Part shown: positions 1 to 11,800 of the stretch, piece by piece
Numbering within the stretch: the first letter of the stretch is position 1
How the letters are laid out: each line of letters begins with the position of its first letter
NCBI RefSeq assembly: GCF_001194135.2
Contig: NC_068984.1
Span: 57,414,642-57,478,641 of the forward strand
DNA length: 64,000 nucleotides
Direction of reading: 5' to 3'
From: Octopus bimaculoides
Lineage: Eukaryota
The notes under the pieces: model-generated
Told to the model about the DNA's origin: nothing
Databases searched by the model: none
The model's input: the letters and a program-made list of their open reading frames with translations, nothing else
Translations under genes and position numbers: made by a program

Positions 1-123
1 TTTATAAGAGCATGGATAGTCAAGTTGGGGCGGGAGTAGTACTAGAACAAGTAACATGGCAGTTAAAAGTTCATATTATGTCACTGGTATACTCTGACTT
101 TGGCCAAGACACTAATCTATTAA

Positions 124-343
124 CCCTTTAACATTCAGATTATTCTGTCAAATGTAATGCTTTTTTATTCAAATTGTTTTGAATTAATCATGCGTTATCT
201 CATAGCTTTGAGGTTTCAATGATGTGATTGTTTATTTTTAGAATATTAGTGTAGGTTAGGTGTGAAAGGCTTCATATAGCCAGTTTGAATGTAAAACATG
301 TAGAATATTTGGGCTGGATATGGCCAGTTTAAATGCTAAAGGG
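124..343. mobile_element. piggyBac-type MITE, family P1
   Basis: TTAA at 120-123 and 344-347. 12-bp TIRs ccctttaacatt / aatgctaaaggg with 1 mismatch. Related copies at 2306 and 13611. Confidence 0.75.
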
Positions 344-1339
344 TTAAATGAGCTGCATGTTGTATATCCTACTTATTACATGGCATTGTAAGATTAATTA
401 ACACCCCTGCTTAAGCCAGCCTACACAAGCACTCTGTCTCCTCTTAAACCATTCGCTAAAATATATAAATTATATAGTCCTTCATTCTACCTTGTTCTCA
501 ATTTTAGGTCCTGTGTTATCCTACTCTATAAACTAACCCTCATGTCTTCAAGTTCCCAATTGATCACACTAATATCATTCATTTTCTCATTAGATTGACT
601 TGAAAGAATCTCTATAGAACAGCAGGGATATGTTCATATTTTACCACATGATGGTATGTAAAAGAAAAAGAAAAAAACAGAAAAAAATATTCATTGACTT
701 TTCTCCCATGCTAATGAAGCATTAACAATGAAATAAGCCCAGTCAACAAAAGTTGACTCAGTTTGATCTATTCATTCTAAATGTAGATTTAGATTAAGAT
801 GAAGTGATTGCATTAGGAAAACAGGAAGTATTTGTTATTCCTTATTTTTGATAATGATTTATTTTCTATTAAACTCTACAAGCTTATACATACAGACACA
901 TAGATGTATGTACATAAACAGACATTGATACACACAAGTGTATAAATACTATTATTTGTTTGTATATTTCTTAGATAAAGAGTGTAGTTTACATAAAAAA
1001 TGGACTAAATGAATAAATACCCTTTTTTTTCTCCCATAAACAGTTTCTTGAATAAGTAGATAAGACCCTGCTTATTTACCAGTTATATTTTCTATTGCTG
1101 ATAAGAGAATAAATGTGAGATGTAATAACTTGTAAAGATATTGATGTTTTTATAACACACACAATATATATTTTCATGTATTGACTTCTAGCTTAACAAG
1201 AAACGTGGGTTGTTCTTTGTTCATTCTATGTCAATCTTTCCATGCTTGCATGGAGAAAGACTTACCACTGAGACATTATTTTACAGCTGGATGCCCTTCC
1301 TGTCACTAATCCATAGATTGTTGTTGTTAGAAAGGCAGT

Positions 1340-1915
1340 GAATTGACAGAATTAAAGCATTGGAGAAATTGCTTTGCAGCATTTGTGCAGGCTCTTTACA
1401 GTCTAAGTTCAAATCCTATGAAAGTCACACTTACCTTTATCTCTCCAGGGTTGATAAAAACAAAGTACCACTTAAGTACTTAGGCCTTGTGACTATGCTT
1501 GAAACAGTTATTAAGATAGTGGATTAACAAATTCATGAGGGTCTGACACATTAATGTTCTAAGTTTAAATCTCGCCAAGGTCAGTTTAACTTTTCACCCA
1601 TCCAGGGTTGCTAAAGTGAATGCCAGTCAGGTACTAGGGTCAACTCCTTTCCCAAATTTGATACCTTATGTTTATGTTAGAAATCATTATTATTATTACT
1701 ATTTTTACAAGATTAGTGGATCAGCAATCTCTAGAGCATTAGACAAAATACCTGTGGTGTTTGTTCTTGCTCTTTACAGTCTGAGATCAAAATTCACCCA
1801 GGTGACATTACCCTTCGTCCTTTTTGGGTTCAGTAAAATACAATATCAGCCAAGCACTGAGATCAATGATATTGACTAACCCCTCCCTGCTTTTTTGCCT
1901 GTTAGAAATAATTAC
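1340..1915 (+). mobile_element. Three degenerate tandem copies of SINE family A
   Basis: Each copy retains the (c)tgagttcaaat...ttcatcc...gataaaat..agtacc core seen in the intact copy at 19569. Boundaries approximate. Confidence 0.6.
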
Positions 1916-2305
1916 TGTTATTAAATTATTTTTGGTATTTTGGAATGGTCATCTTTGCTAATAACAAATATACCTCTTTATTACATGCAATCTAACGAAA
2001 ATAGCCTATACACACTTGTTTGATCTGCAAGGAATAGCCTCCAGATCTTCTTAGATTACACCCTATTGTCTTTTAAAAAAGCAGGGAAACATTGGATAAT
2101 GTAGTCTTTGATGAACTGTGACTAAAAAAAAAAGGATGTGATGATCACAGTTTAGGTCTGTTGAATCAGAGCTGACTTGAGAGTTGAACAACTACACTAC
2201 TTCATTATTTATTTAGTTCTGAGTATGCTTTTGCATAAGGAAAATATTTGCTCATTCAATTATAATGTAAGTGGCTGAGTATTTCACAGGCTGTGGTACC
2301 TTTAG

Positions 2306-3085
2306 CCCTTTAGCATTCAGATTTCTCTGTCAAATGCAATGATTATTCTCATTGATTTGAATTAGTTAAGTATTACCTTGTAGCTTTGAGATTTCAATGA
2401 TGTGATTGTTTCTTTTTAGAATAATATTGTAGGAGATGTGTGAGAGGCTAGAACTAGCCAGTTTGAAGATAAAACAGGTAGAATATTTGGCAAGACTCCC
2501 CCCCCCCAACCACCCTTTTCAAAAAAAATTTTTTTTTTTTTTGACATAAACCCTCCTTTTCAGCTATGGGTAATACGAATCTGCAAAAAATTGGCAAACA
2601 TCGACATTTCTAAATTACCACCCCCACCCCCATTTCCTTCATTTTTAACTTTTTTGCAATTTTTTTTTCAAAATATGCAGAAAAAATATGGAGATTATGA
2701 TTCTGAAAAAAATTTCCAAAAATCTTTGTAAAATTTTTTTTAAGAATTTTTTTTTTCTAAATATACGGAAAAATATGGACATCATGATTCGGACAAAAAT
2801 TTCAAAACATTTCTGTACTTACAGTTACGGTTTTAGGATTAGGGTTTTAGAGTTAGGGTTAGGGATAGTGTTGGGGAAAAGTAAAAATTGAAGAAGTTTG
2901 GGGGAGGGGGGAAGGGGGGAATTTTATAATGCCGATTTTTGTCATTTTTCCAGAACCTCTGTATCCGAAAATGGGGATTTTTGGCAAAAAAAATTTACAA
3001 AAATAAACAAATTTGGGAGAAAATGGAGGGGGTGAATTTTTCCGAATAATTTTGGCTAGATATAGCAGGTTTGAATGCTAAAGGG
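2306..3085. mobile_element. piggyBac-type MITE P1 split by a nested insertion
   Basis: Termini ccctttagcatt ... aatgctaaaggg. The body aligns to the 124-343 copy on both sides of 2492-3044. Confidence 0.7.
2492..3044. mobile_element. Foldback-like insert with telomere-like repeats
   Basis: Imperfect inverted arms (about 2520-2650 vs 2890-3000), an internal 87-nt-period duplication, and TTAGGG-type repeats at 2825-2864. Flanked by the near-duplicate aatatttggc / aataattttggc. Confidence 0.55.
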
Positions 3086-3651
3086 TGAATGTAATCTCTA
3101 GGTTAAGTGAAGAATGACAAGGTTGATCCACTGAATTACAAATACAGGTCCATTCATGGGATTTACACATACTTTCCAGTTTTCAAATTTCTTTGATAGG
3201 AATTAGGTCAACCCATGGTTGAATTAGAAGAGGCTCACTGAGTGTACCACTTAATGGGGTTGCACCTCAGACTACATGATTGTAAAGCAATATTTTTAAC
3301 AGCTTAGCAACGCCTACACTTAATATTGTACAGCAGTAACACACACAAGCATATATACTAATTGATCTATTTTTAATGTCAGTGAAGTAATGTGTGTAGT
3401 GTGTTATTGCTACTAGAAATATCTACTTAATCTCTCTCTAAAACCTTAAAAAACAAAAGGCCCATGAGATAATGTGACCCCAGATATAATGTTTATGGAA
3501 ACGAAAAATGAAAGGTTCAAATGGTCATAACTGGAATGCATCTTCACCATAAATCCACTTGTTCACTGACCTGATTCTAGACAACTTACACACACACACA
3601 CATAATGTTGTGGTTATTTTTTTAGTAACATGTTTGTAGAATGGAAATGTA

Positions 3652-4511
3652 TCGGGTCATCCCATAAATAATGCAGTTTTTTTATACTTCTTTTATTGTT
3701 CAAAATCAAGATAAAGTTCTTTTTTAATCTAAAATATACTCCTTTATATTCTACAACGCTCTTCCATCTATCTGGTAGACTTGCAAGGCCCCTCTTCCAA
3801 AATTCACTTGTCCATGATGAAAAATACTGTTCCACTACTGTTCTGACCTCGTCTACAGAATTCATATTTTTTCCGTCCAAATGATTTTGAAGACTGCAGA
3901 ATAAATGATAATCAGATGGGGCAATGTCTGGCAAATATTCAAACTGTACCAGCTTTTGGAATGTGTATGTGGCTGAGCATTATCCTAATGGAAGAACACC
4001 TTTCGTCTTGAAACCAAAGATGGTTTTTAGTGCTGGTGTCGATGAATGATTGAATGACCAATCCAAGCTTTTCTGCTAGTTTCTCAACAGTTACAATGAG
4101 ATTTTGTTCCACCAGGGTTTGCTGGGTGTCCTTATTGAGCTCTACAGATCTTCCAAGACAAGGCTTGTCTTCTAGGCTGTAGTTTCCTGCTCAGAATTTC
4201 TGGAACCACCATTGACACTGGCTTACGTTTATTGTCCAATCCCCATATACTGCAGTAATATTCCTCGCACTTTCCATTACGTTGTTGCCTTTATTGAATG
4301 TGCCAAATATGCTCCTTTGTCACTTCCATTATAGTTTTGAAAATTAACTGTTAAAATTGAACTGCACTCTTCAGAACTTGCACTAAGAATAAGTACAAGG
4401 TAAAATTACTACCTGCTTTTATAGCAAGTTGATGCAGGTAATTTATTCCGTCCCCCTCTGACTTTTAGTTCATGCAATTGAAAAAACAGCATTATTTATG
4501 GGATGACCCAA
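3652..4511 (-). mobile_element. Mariner transposon, internally deleted (860 bp), with transposase pseudogene
   Basis: 31-bp TIRs (t(c/t)gggtcatcccataaataatgc(a/t)gtttttt, 2 mismatches) and TA duplications at 3650-51 and 4512-13. The - strand encodes a mariner N-terminus from the ATG at 4329, DNAQPHT, and PDIAPSDYHLF...FWKRGLASLPDRWKSVVEYKG. It carries stops and frameshifts. Confidence 0.93.
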
Positions 4512-5349
4512 TATTATCCAATCCGTTCTTTAATTTTTCTGGGTACATCATATATAGTAATGTGTTTTCATTATTTCAAAACATTGCCGTTATCCCTCAC
4601 ATGGCCAATACTATCAGTATGTTTTGTATTATTTAGTAGCCAAATAGACCGACGTATGAAGGCATATTAAAAATACGCATCATAAAGTTATTGTGTGACA
4701 GATGAATTATTCAGTGTTCATCAAAACAGCATTGAATTAAAAAAATTTAAAAAATTGGAAAAGAATTATCTGGTATTGAAAGAATTTCAGAGATCTCACC
4801 TTTAAGATATTATCTCAGTAGCTATAAATCCAAGATAACGTTATAGGGCACAGATGGTTGATATGCTTAATAGTCAAACATTTTCACTGGTGATCTTTAT
4901 TATCTCTGTCTTACTTAGGCACTAAATGTTTATAAATATTGTTGGAGGAACCCTTGCAGTATTTATATGATGTCCTTCCCATTCATATTATATATATGTA
5001 ATACTGAAACTTCCATTCTAAAATGGAATTTTACTTGATAATTTTCACTTCACTTTCCATTATTAGTATATCCATTTATAAATGTTTTCTTTTAATATAT
5101 CTGAGATGAGAATGTTTTTCCAAGTTGGATCAGCAACATAATGTTATTTCACTGTTAAAAAAAATCTTAATATTTATGTTGTTACATGGGGAAATGAACG
5201 AACGTCACACATTCCTTTTCACTTACTGACCTAATTTACAGAATCAAAGGATACCAATTTTACTTAAGTGATTTATTCGTTCACAGAAGTTTGGTCGTTT
5301 AATAAATATATTTTTACATGCTTTCCTTAAAATAGTAATGTAGATGCTT

Positions 5350-6230
5350 TAAATACATTTCCTCACTCGCGCATCAGTACACGTACTTATTTTACTTCCC
5401 TAATGGAATTTGTTTTTTTCACTGATTTTCTTGGAAGGAATTCATGCTGTTTGGATCCAGTCTTAGAGGCTGGTCGCTATTGATTTCTTATTTATGTCTT
5501 AAGTCTATACAAGAGAAGGGATTAATGGGGGAGGAGAGGAGATTTCTTGCATGCTTTCCAAATCGCATAACGGTGCAAGTAAAGGAAAATGCTTGCAAGC
5601 TAGAATCGAAACCGGCTTGCCAAATGTTTATTTCTAATCTTAGGCGCTCTGTTCGTTAATAATCAAACACAGTAGTCGATGTCAGAATTAAATAAGATCC
5701 GCATGTTTATAATTTCGGAAGACACCTACTTGACCCAATATTCTTTGTTAATAAGATATATGTTAACATAGAGATGGAAAGCGGAGACTTTATTTACTTA
5801 GCTGATAAAAGAAGTTAAGTAAATAACACCCTTTTCGGGTTGATTTATGTCCTCTTCATTCATTTTTTCTTGTTATTTTCTGTAACGTGTGGGAGGTTTG
5901 TTTATCTGGGTTTTTTGTTCAGGTGGTGATAGCGTGGATGGGTGAAATAAATAAATAAATAAATGTTATACACTCATTGCCAGATTTATCATGCATAGTA
6001 AATCCCGCTGAAAAACAAAGCTTGTCGTCTAGTGAGAAGGGGTAGAGGGAACAAAGCACTTGTCCTCTACTACTGTTATTATTACTGCTATAGCGGCTGC
6101 TGCCAGGTAGCGCTGTGTTAGCTTCAAAAGCGCTACCCCTCTCCCCTCCTGCTTAACTAACACGGTGACACCGAGAATAGGCATGCACTGTGGTAAATGT
6201 CTCACTAGGCAAAGTCGTGAGGAACGTAAG
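5350..6230 (+). promoter_or_regulatory. Putative promoter / first-exon region
   Basis: Repeat-free and visibly richer in CpG than its flanks (ctcgcgc, aaccggc, taggcgc, tagcgct), ending in a canonical donor. Inference. Confidence 0.35.
6183..6225 (+). CDS. Candidate first exon end (MHCGKCLTRQSREE+c, or non-coding)
   Basis: Perfect donor gaac|GTAAGT with an overlapping second GTAAGT at 6230. It lies at the end of a GC/CpG-enriched block. The ATG at 6183 gives a phase-1 end. Confidence 0.3.
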
Positions 6231-6465
6231 TAAGTTCAGACACTTTTCTATACCATGCTGCAGATGCTGATGCTGCTTGGACTACATCGGAAAGCTTTTT
6301 TGCTAAGATAAAACAAAGAAAAGAAAAAGTGTTTTGCTTCTTAAAGTCTTTCTTTTGATGCGTTATTCGGAGCTATTGACTTTCTGCATGAACCTCCATA
6401 CCTCCAATGACAAATCATTCGCTGATATAATCTCATTCCCTTCACCCTTTTCCAATTCCATAAAC

Positions 6466-6529
6466 ATGGAGCTGGAATTTTGTGACTATTTCAGTAACCG
6501 TTGGAATAATACTTCAGTTCACTTTCTTG
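6466..6529 (+). CDS. Candidate alternative first coding exon (MELEFCDYFSNRWNNTSVHFL+g)
   Basis: aacATGg Kozak context and donor cttg|gtatgt. 64 nt, phase 1. Motif evidence only. Confidence 0.3.
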
Positions 6530-8129
6530 GTATGTACTTATTTCGAACTGATTATTACCTTTTTGCCTTTTATTTATACTAAAAATGTTATACTTCCATA
6601 TAAAAATTTTAGAGTTTACTTCCTGATAATATGTGTGTGTGTGTCTTATGTTGCATGGAATTGTTACAAATGAACCTGAGAAGAGAAGGGACTCCTTTGA
6701 AGTAGATGATGTAAAATAGAAACGAATTATGTATCATATTAGACTTAGTTGTGTTGTTTTACCATTTCAAAACTCCTTGTCACTTAATATACTCGCTGAT
6801 GATACCTTCTCAAGATAACTATCAAAAATACCTGTATATTNNNNNNNNNNNNNNNNNNNNNNNNNNNNNNNNNNNNNNNNNNNNNNNNNNNNNNNNNNNN
6901 NNNNNNNNNNNNNNNNNNNNNNNNNNNNNNNNNNNNNNNNNNNNNNNNNNNNNCTACATTATTGATTATTATATAGTAGGCTATTCTTTAAGAATACACC
7001 CTGAAAATATTCCAGACATTTGCCTAATTATTGTTTTCATTTACATTTTTATTCTGAGGGTCGCTTAGGTAATAATTGCTTTCAAAATGAAAATTTAATA
7101 AAGGCTTAAAGATTTCAAAGAACAGAATTTTTTTGGTAATAATTGTTTCTTAGAACTGATTTCATTTGATGGTCAATTTTTTTTTCTTTATACAGAAATA
7201 TTGGTTAATATAAAGATCTTCACCCGGGAACAAAAATATATATATATAAACTAATTTTGGAATCTTTTATTTTGAATTTGCTATATTTTTCTTTTATTTT
7301 GACGTCTTAAACCGATCTATTCTTAAACCATTCTAATTTTAACTGAATAAAACTTTTTTTTTGTATTCAAATATTGATATTGAGTTAAATTAATATATTA
7401 TAATACTTTCCGATACTACATTAAAGATTGTCCTTGTGTAGAGTAAAATTTTCCATTGCTTGCAAATTACAATCTTATTTTCTCTCAACGAAATCTCTAA
7501 AACAAAATCTATAGTTGCCAAACAATTAATTATCGCTCATTCTTTAAAGAAATGCGGAGACGAGAGTGGGAGAATAACAAAATAAAATTAGCCATAAACA
7601 TTCTTGAAAAGTAAGTTGAGACACATTCTCGGTTTTGGGGCCAGTTCCCTTAAATTAAAGCTGCTGTTCAGTTACTATAGAGCTAGTAGCTTCAATTTAG
7701 GAATAAAGAAATTTAGAGCTAGTAGCTTCAATTCAGGAATTACCAAGCGACATTTTCAAGTAGATGTCATATTGACATTTAGTCACCTGCAGCCCTACAG
7801 AACACCTGTCACAGTTATTTGACGAAAGGGATCTTTTCTTAACTGATGGTAGACGACTTGGTTGTGGCTTCTTCGATTCCTTCTTAATTCGTCTTGATGG
7901 GGAAAAAAAGTTTCTTGTACTGGTTCCTGGGTGTTAAATTCGATATTACTACTGTTGATAATAACAAAGATATAGATTTTTTAAAACTCGTCTTTAAATA
8001 TATCGAGACTGACCTCATTTGTTAAACTCTACTGTATTTTTTTTTCTTTATTTCCATTAAAACTATATTTTCCTATATATAGTATGTGTTTTGATACAAA
8101 AATAGATACTCATTCAAGCGTGAACACAC

Positions 8130-8800
8130 ATATGCGCAACGTTTAAACTAGATTTCTTGTGTGTGTGTGTGTGTGTCGGATTGGCTATTTTGCAAATGTT
8201 TGAAATAAAAATAATGTAGATGTGAACGGAGAGATGTGGAATAAGACAACTATAGTCTGTTAGCATGCTTGGAATATTCAGCTGTAGAAAATTATCACCC
8301 TTGTTGTCATGGCATTCACTACTTCGGTTGTAGCTGTTGCTGCTACTACTACAAGTTCCAGTTTTGTAATTCAATAGTCTCTCCATGACTTCCTGTGGAA
8401 AATCTAACAGAAATCGCTGTTATCAATTTCGACAGAACCAGCATGTCGTGAAAGAATGACAGATCTGAAACGATAATTTTCTTCATTTTTGATTTGGTTT
8501 CTTAACAACTTTGGTAATTATTGGAGTTCTTTGTTTTTGTGATGAGTGTTTTCTTAAATATCTCCCAGTTTTTTTAATTTTTTCTTTTCTCAGACCCTTC
8601 GGTTAAGTTCCCACCCAGTTCAGTTTTATTGTTTGCCTGTTAGTCAGTTACCTACTAGATCTTTACTTAGACTTCTCACAGCATTGAGGAAAAACCGGCG
8701 AATTTTCTTTAACTGTATTACAACTACCATTTCTTCACTCACCCCTCCCACTGTCTGTGAAGTTTCTATTGTTAAAGAAACACCAAGGAGGAAATGTGTA
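8130..8800 (+). other. Putative 5'UTR exons (about 8200-8513 and 8594-?) with an 80-nt intron
   Basis: ATTGG (reverse CCAAT) near 8180, donor tttg|gtaatt at 8514, pyrimidine-rich acceptor ttttctcag| at 8593. No ATG in the frame that stays open after splicing. The 3' end of the second exon is not defined. Confidence 0.3.
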
Positions 8801-11800
8801 TTGGGTTGGTTTATATACAATAGATGTTTACTCATTCTTAATATTAAATCGTATATGTTGTATATGCGTTGTGTGTCTAACATATATATATATATATATA
8901 TATATATTTGAGAGAGAGACTAATTTTGTTATAATTTGAGTTAATCTTAGGGGATTTTAATTTTTCTATTATATCAAAGGATCAATTAGAATATACTTTT
9001 GTGTACGTGTGTAATGTAGGTGGTGGGGTGAGAGATAGATCTTTATACAGTTGGAAATATACTTTGAATCTGAAGTTACTTTCATAATTTTTTTTTAAGT
9101 TGTATTACTGCTATTCAGTTACTTTATTATTTGATTACTTATACAAAAGCGAAAGAAAGCATTAGTGGGACTAGTTTGTAATTCTTGTACATACATTGTT
9201 TCAGAATTTTTTTTTTTAATTCAAGTTCCAAGAAATCCAGAATCTTTTTTTTTTGTTTTTAGTTTGAAGTAATGTTTGCATTAAATTTATTTTAAAAATA
9301 CATATTAAAAATTATGTTATATTCATTTAAGAACAAAATGTTACAAGATATGTTGGCTGTGTCTATACACATGATGATGATATACACACACTCACACACC
9401 ACTAAGTAAGAAGAGTTCCTTATAAATTGACTCTCAGAGCAGCACAAGTTTATTTCCAATTAATAAAATGTAGATAATTTATAAAACATGTATACTTATA
9501 TAACTTTAGCACCTATTTTTTGATAACTATTATGGGTAAATGGACAGTTGGATCATTATTTGGCTAAATAGTTGACTGTCTTGTTTCAATAACTTATTTT
9601 ACAAAGAGAATAGATGACCATCTTATAAACTGTGAGTAGATGTCTTGAAACATATGAAGTTTAATATGAATAGATGAGTTGTGATGGTAGTTTGGAGACA
9701 AAGACTTATTACATGGTTCATTAAGCTGTCCCAAAATAATATTTGGCCATATTATCATTTGTTTTCCTTCAGTATCCATAGAAAGGAAGATTTAACTGAT
9801 ATATCTTTGGAATTATAACAAGAATAAATGAAGCTATACGAAAATATTTCTGTCAACATCTAAACATCTCATGCTGCTGTAAATTGAACTACTGTCTCTG
9901 CTGCTATCAAGAGAAAAGAAACATATGCACATGTGTGTGTGCACGCAGTGACACGTTCCTGCATAGCCAGACATGCACACAATTGCACTCACACACATGT
10001 AGACACTTATACCACATGATTTTATATCAGAATTTACTACCATTTCTTAAGTTCTGTTGTAGAAGTGTTTTTGCTTTCTTGATCAGCTGTAAGGTTTAAA
10101 GCTATGCTGAGTCAGCAGCAACCCCTAATTTATTGTTGAAATCCCTTTTGAAATGAATTTTTTTTTCAAACCGGATAAAGCAGCACTATCTAATGACACA
10201 TTAGTAGTACTGAATAAAACAATATTTATGCATGTGTGAGATCAATATATGAATAAATAGTCCCAACAAGTGGTTGCTTAAACGATGTTTGTGATTCTAA
10301 AATTAGTTTGCTTGGCATCTATTTATGTTCAACATATTCTAAACTCAGATATATAGAGAGAATGAAGTTCAGCATCCTTGGGACTGGCTTTTTTTTTTTT
10401 TCAATTCTCCAAAAGTGGGGACTTCAAATTGGATTCATTTGAATAGAGGACAAGCCTGTAGCTTGCAGTTTCCAGCTCACATTTTCTATATTGATTTTTT
10501 TCATTGACTCTAAGCATCATTTTATAAGGGAGACTCTATAGTAGATTGAATTGACTCCTACACATGACTTTTTGCTCAAAGACAGTCAACTGAGGAAAGG
10601 TTAAATTGAGAATGTGAATGGTTAACTATAAGACATCTAGTTTAGTGATTAACCATTTCTAACATACTACATTAACAATAAAGAAATAAACAATTTTGGG
10701 TCATTTTTACCCATGCAGACATACATATATGCATTTTCAATATGTACTGTTTCCTTTTTTTCTGTTTTAACCAGTTTTCTTTTTTTCTAATGCCCTTTAA
10801 TAATCATTTGTAAATTGTGTAAATTTAGATGCTTAGTTATTAACTAGCAACTGAAATAGCAATTTTTCAAATGAAAATTATCATAATTTTGAGAATTCCT
10901 ACTTTTCTGATTTAGCCACCATGAAACATTAATAAAATACTAAGTTCTACAATTGTTGTAGAAAACCTTAATTATTTAAAACAAATTTCATACAGAAGTG
11001 TATTTTATTTTTTGAAAATCAACCTCCCACATTTATGTATTTATATACATGTGTGGTTGGAGATGTCATTCTGTCAGCTGATGAAGATTAGCAGCAGTAA
11101 TGGTCCATTTAACACAGCACTTGATTGAGGAATTACCTATTCTTGTTGACCTAATTCTTCTTTGAAAATTGTAGCAATACTGATAGCTGAAACCCTTTTT
11201 CCCTCTTTATTGTTACATTCCAATTTCTTTTTGTTCTTTTCTTCCATCATTTGATCTTTACTTCCCTTATTCCACTTATTTCCAGTTTGTTAGTTGGTGT
11301 ACATAGTGCATGGATATTCCTTAATACTTTCCTTGCATTCATCTCTCCCATCATATTTACATCTGTTATGAGCAAGCATAGAAATCTTTTTCCCTTTTTG
11401 TCTCCTCTATCATCGTTATTATCATGATGGTATCAGTTAGATGCACGGAATATTGAAGTAATCAACTGATCGTATCTGCAGCCATTCTTCTCACATATCT
11501 GTAGTTGCTAGTTAATGTTCAGTGGTAGAGGGAGGGTGACCTACCTGTAATAGAAGTATGCCAGTGATGACAATGTGAAGAAAGCATGTCTTTCTGAGAG
11601 GATGTCTTAAAGAAAGGGATCGTGTTGAACTGGATGTAAATTATTGGAAACTAAACAAAATATTGATAAATTTTCCAAGTAATTGATTTTCTATATATTT
11701 CCAGTTTGTCATACTTCACCTTCTCCATTTTTTATTCCTTTAAGTGAAGTGATAAGAGTTAAAGGAGCAGAAGAATTGAGGCACTCTCTTCACACATTCT

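Noticed and set aside
8594-8911. Open + frame (TLRLSSHP...ETPRRKC) as a coding exon
   Set aside because: No ATG, an in-frame stop upstream after splicing, no convincing donor and no family similarity. Kept only as possible UTR.
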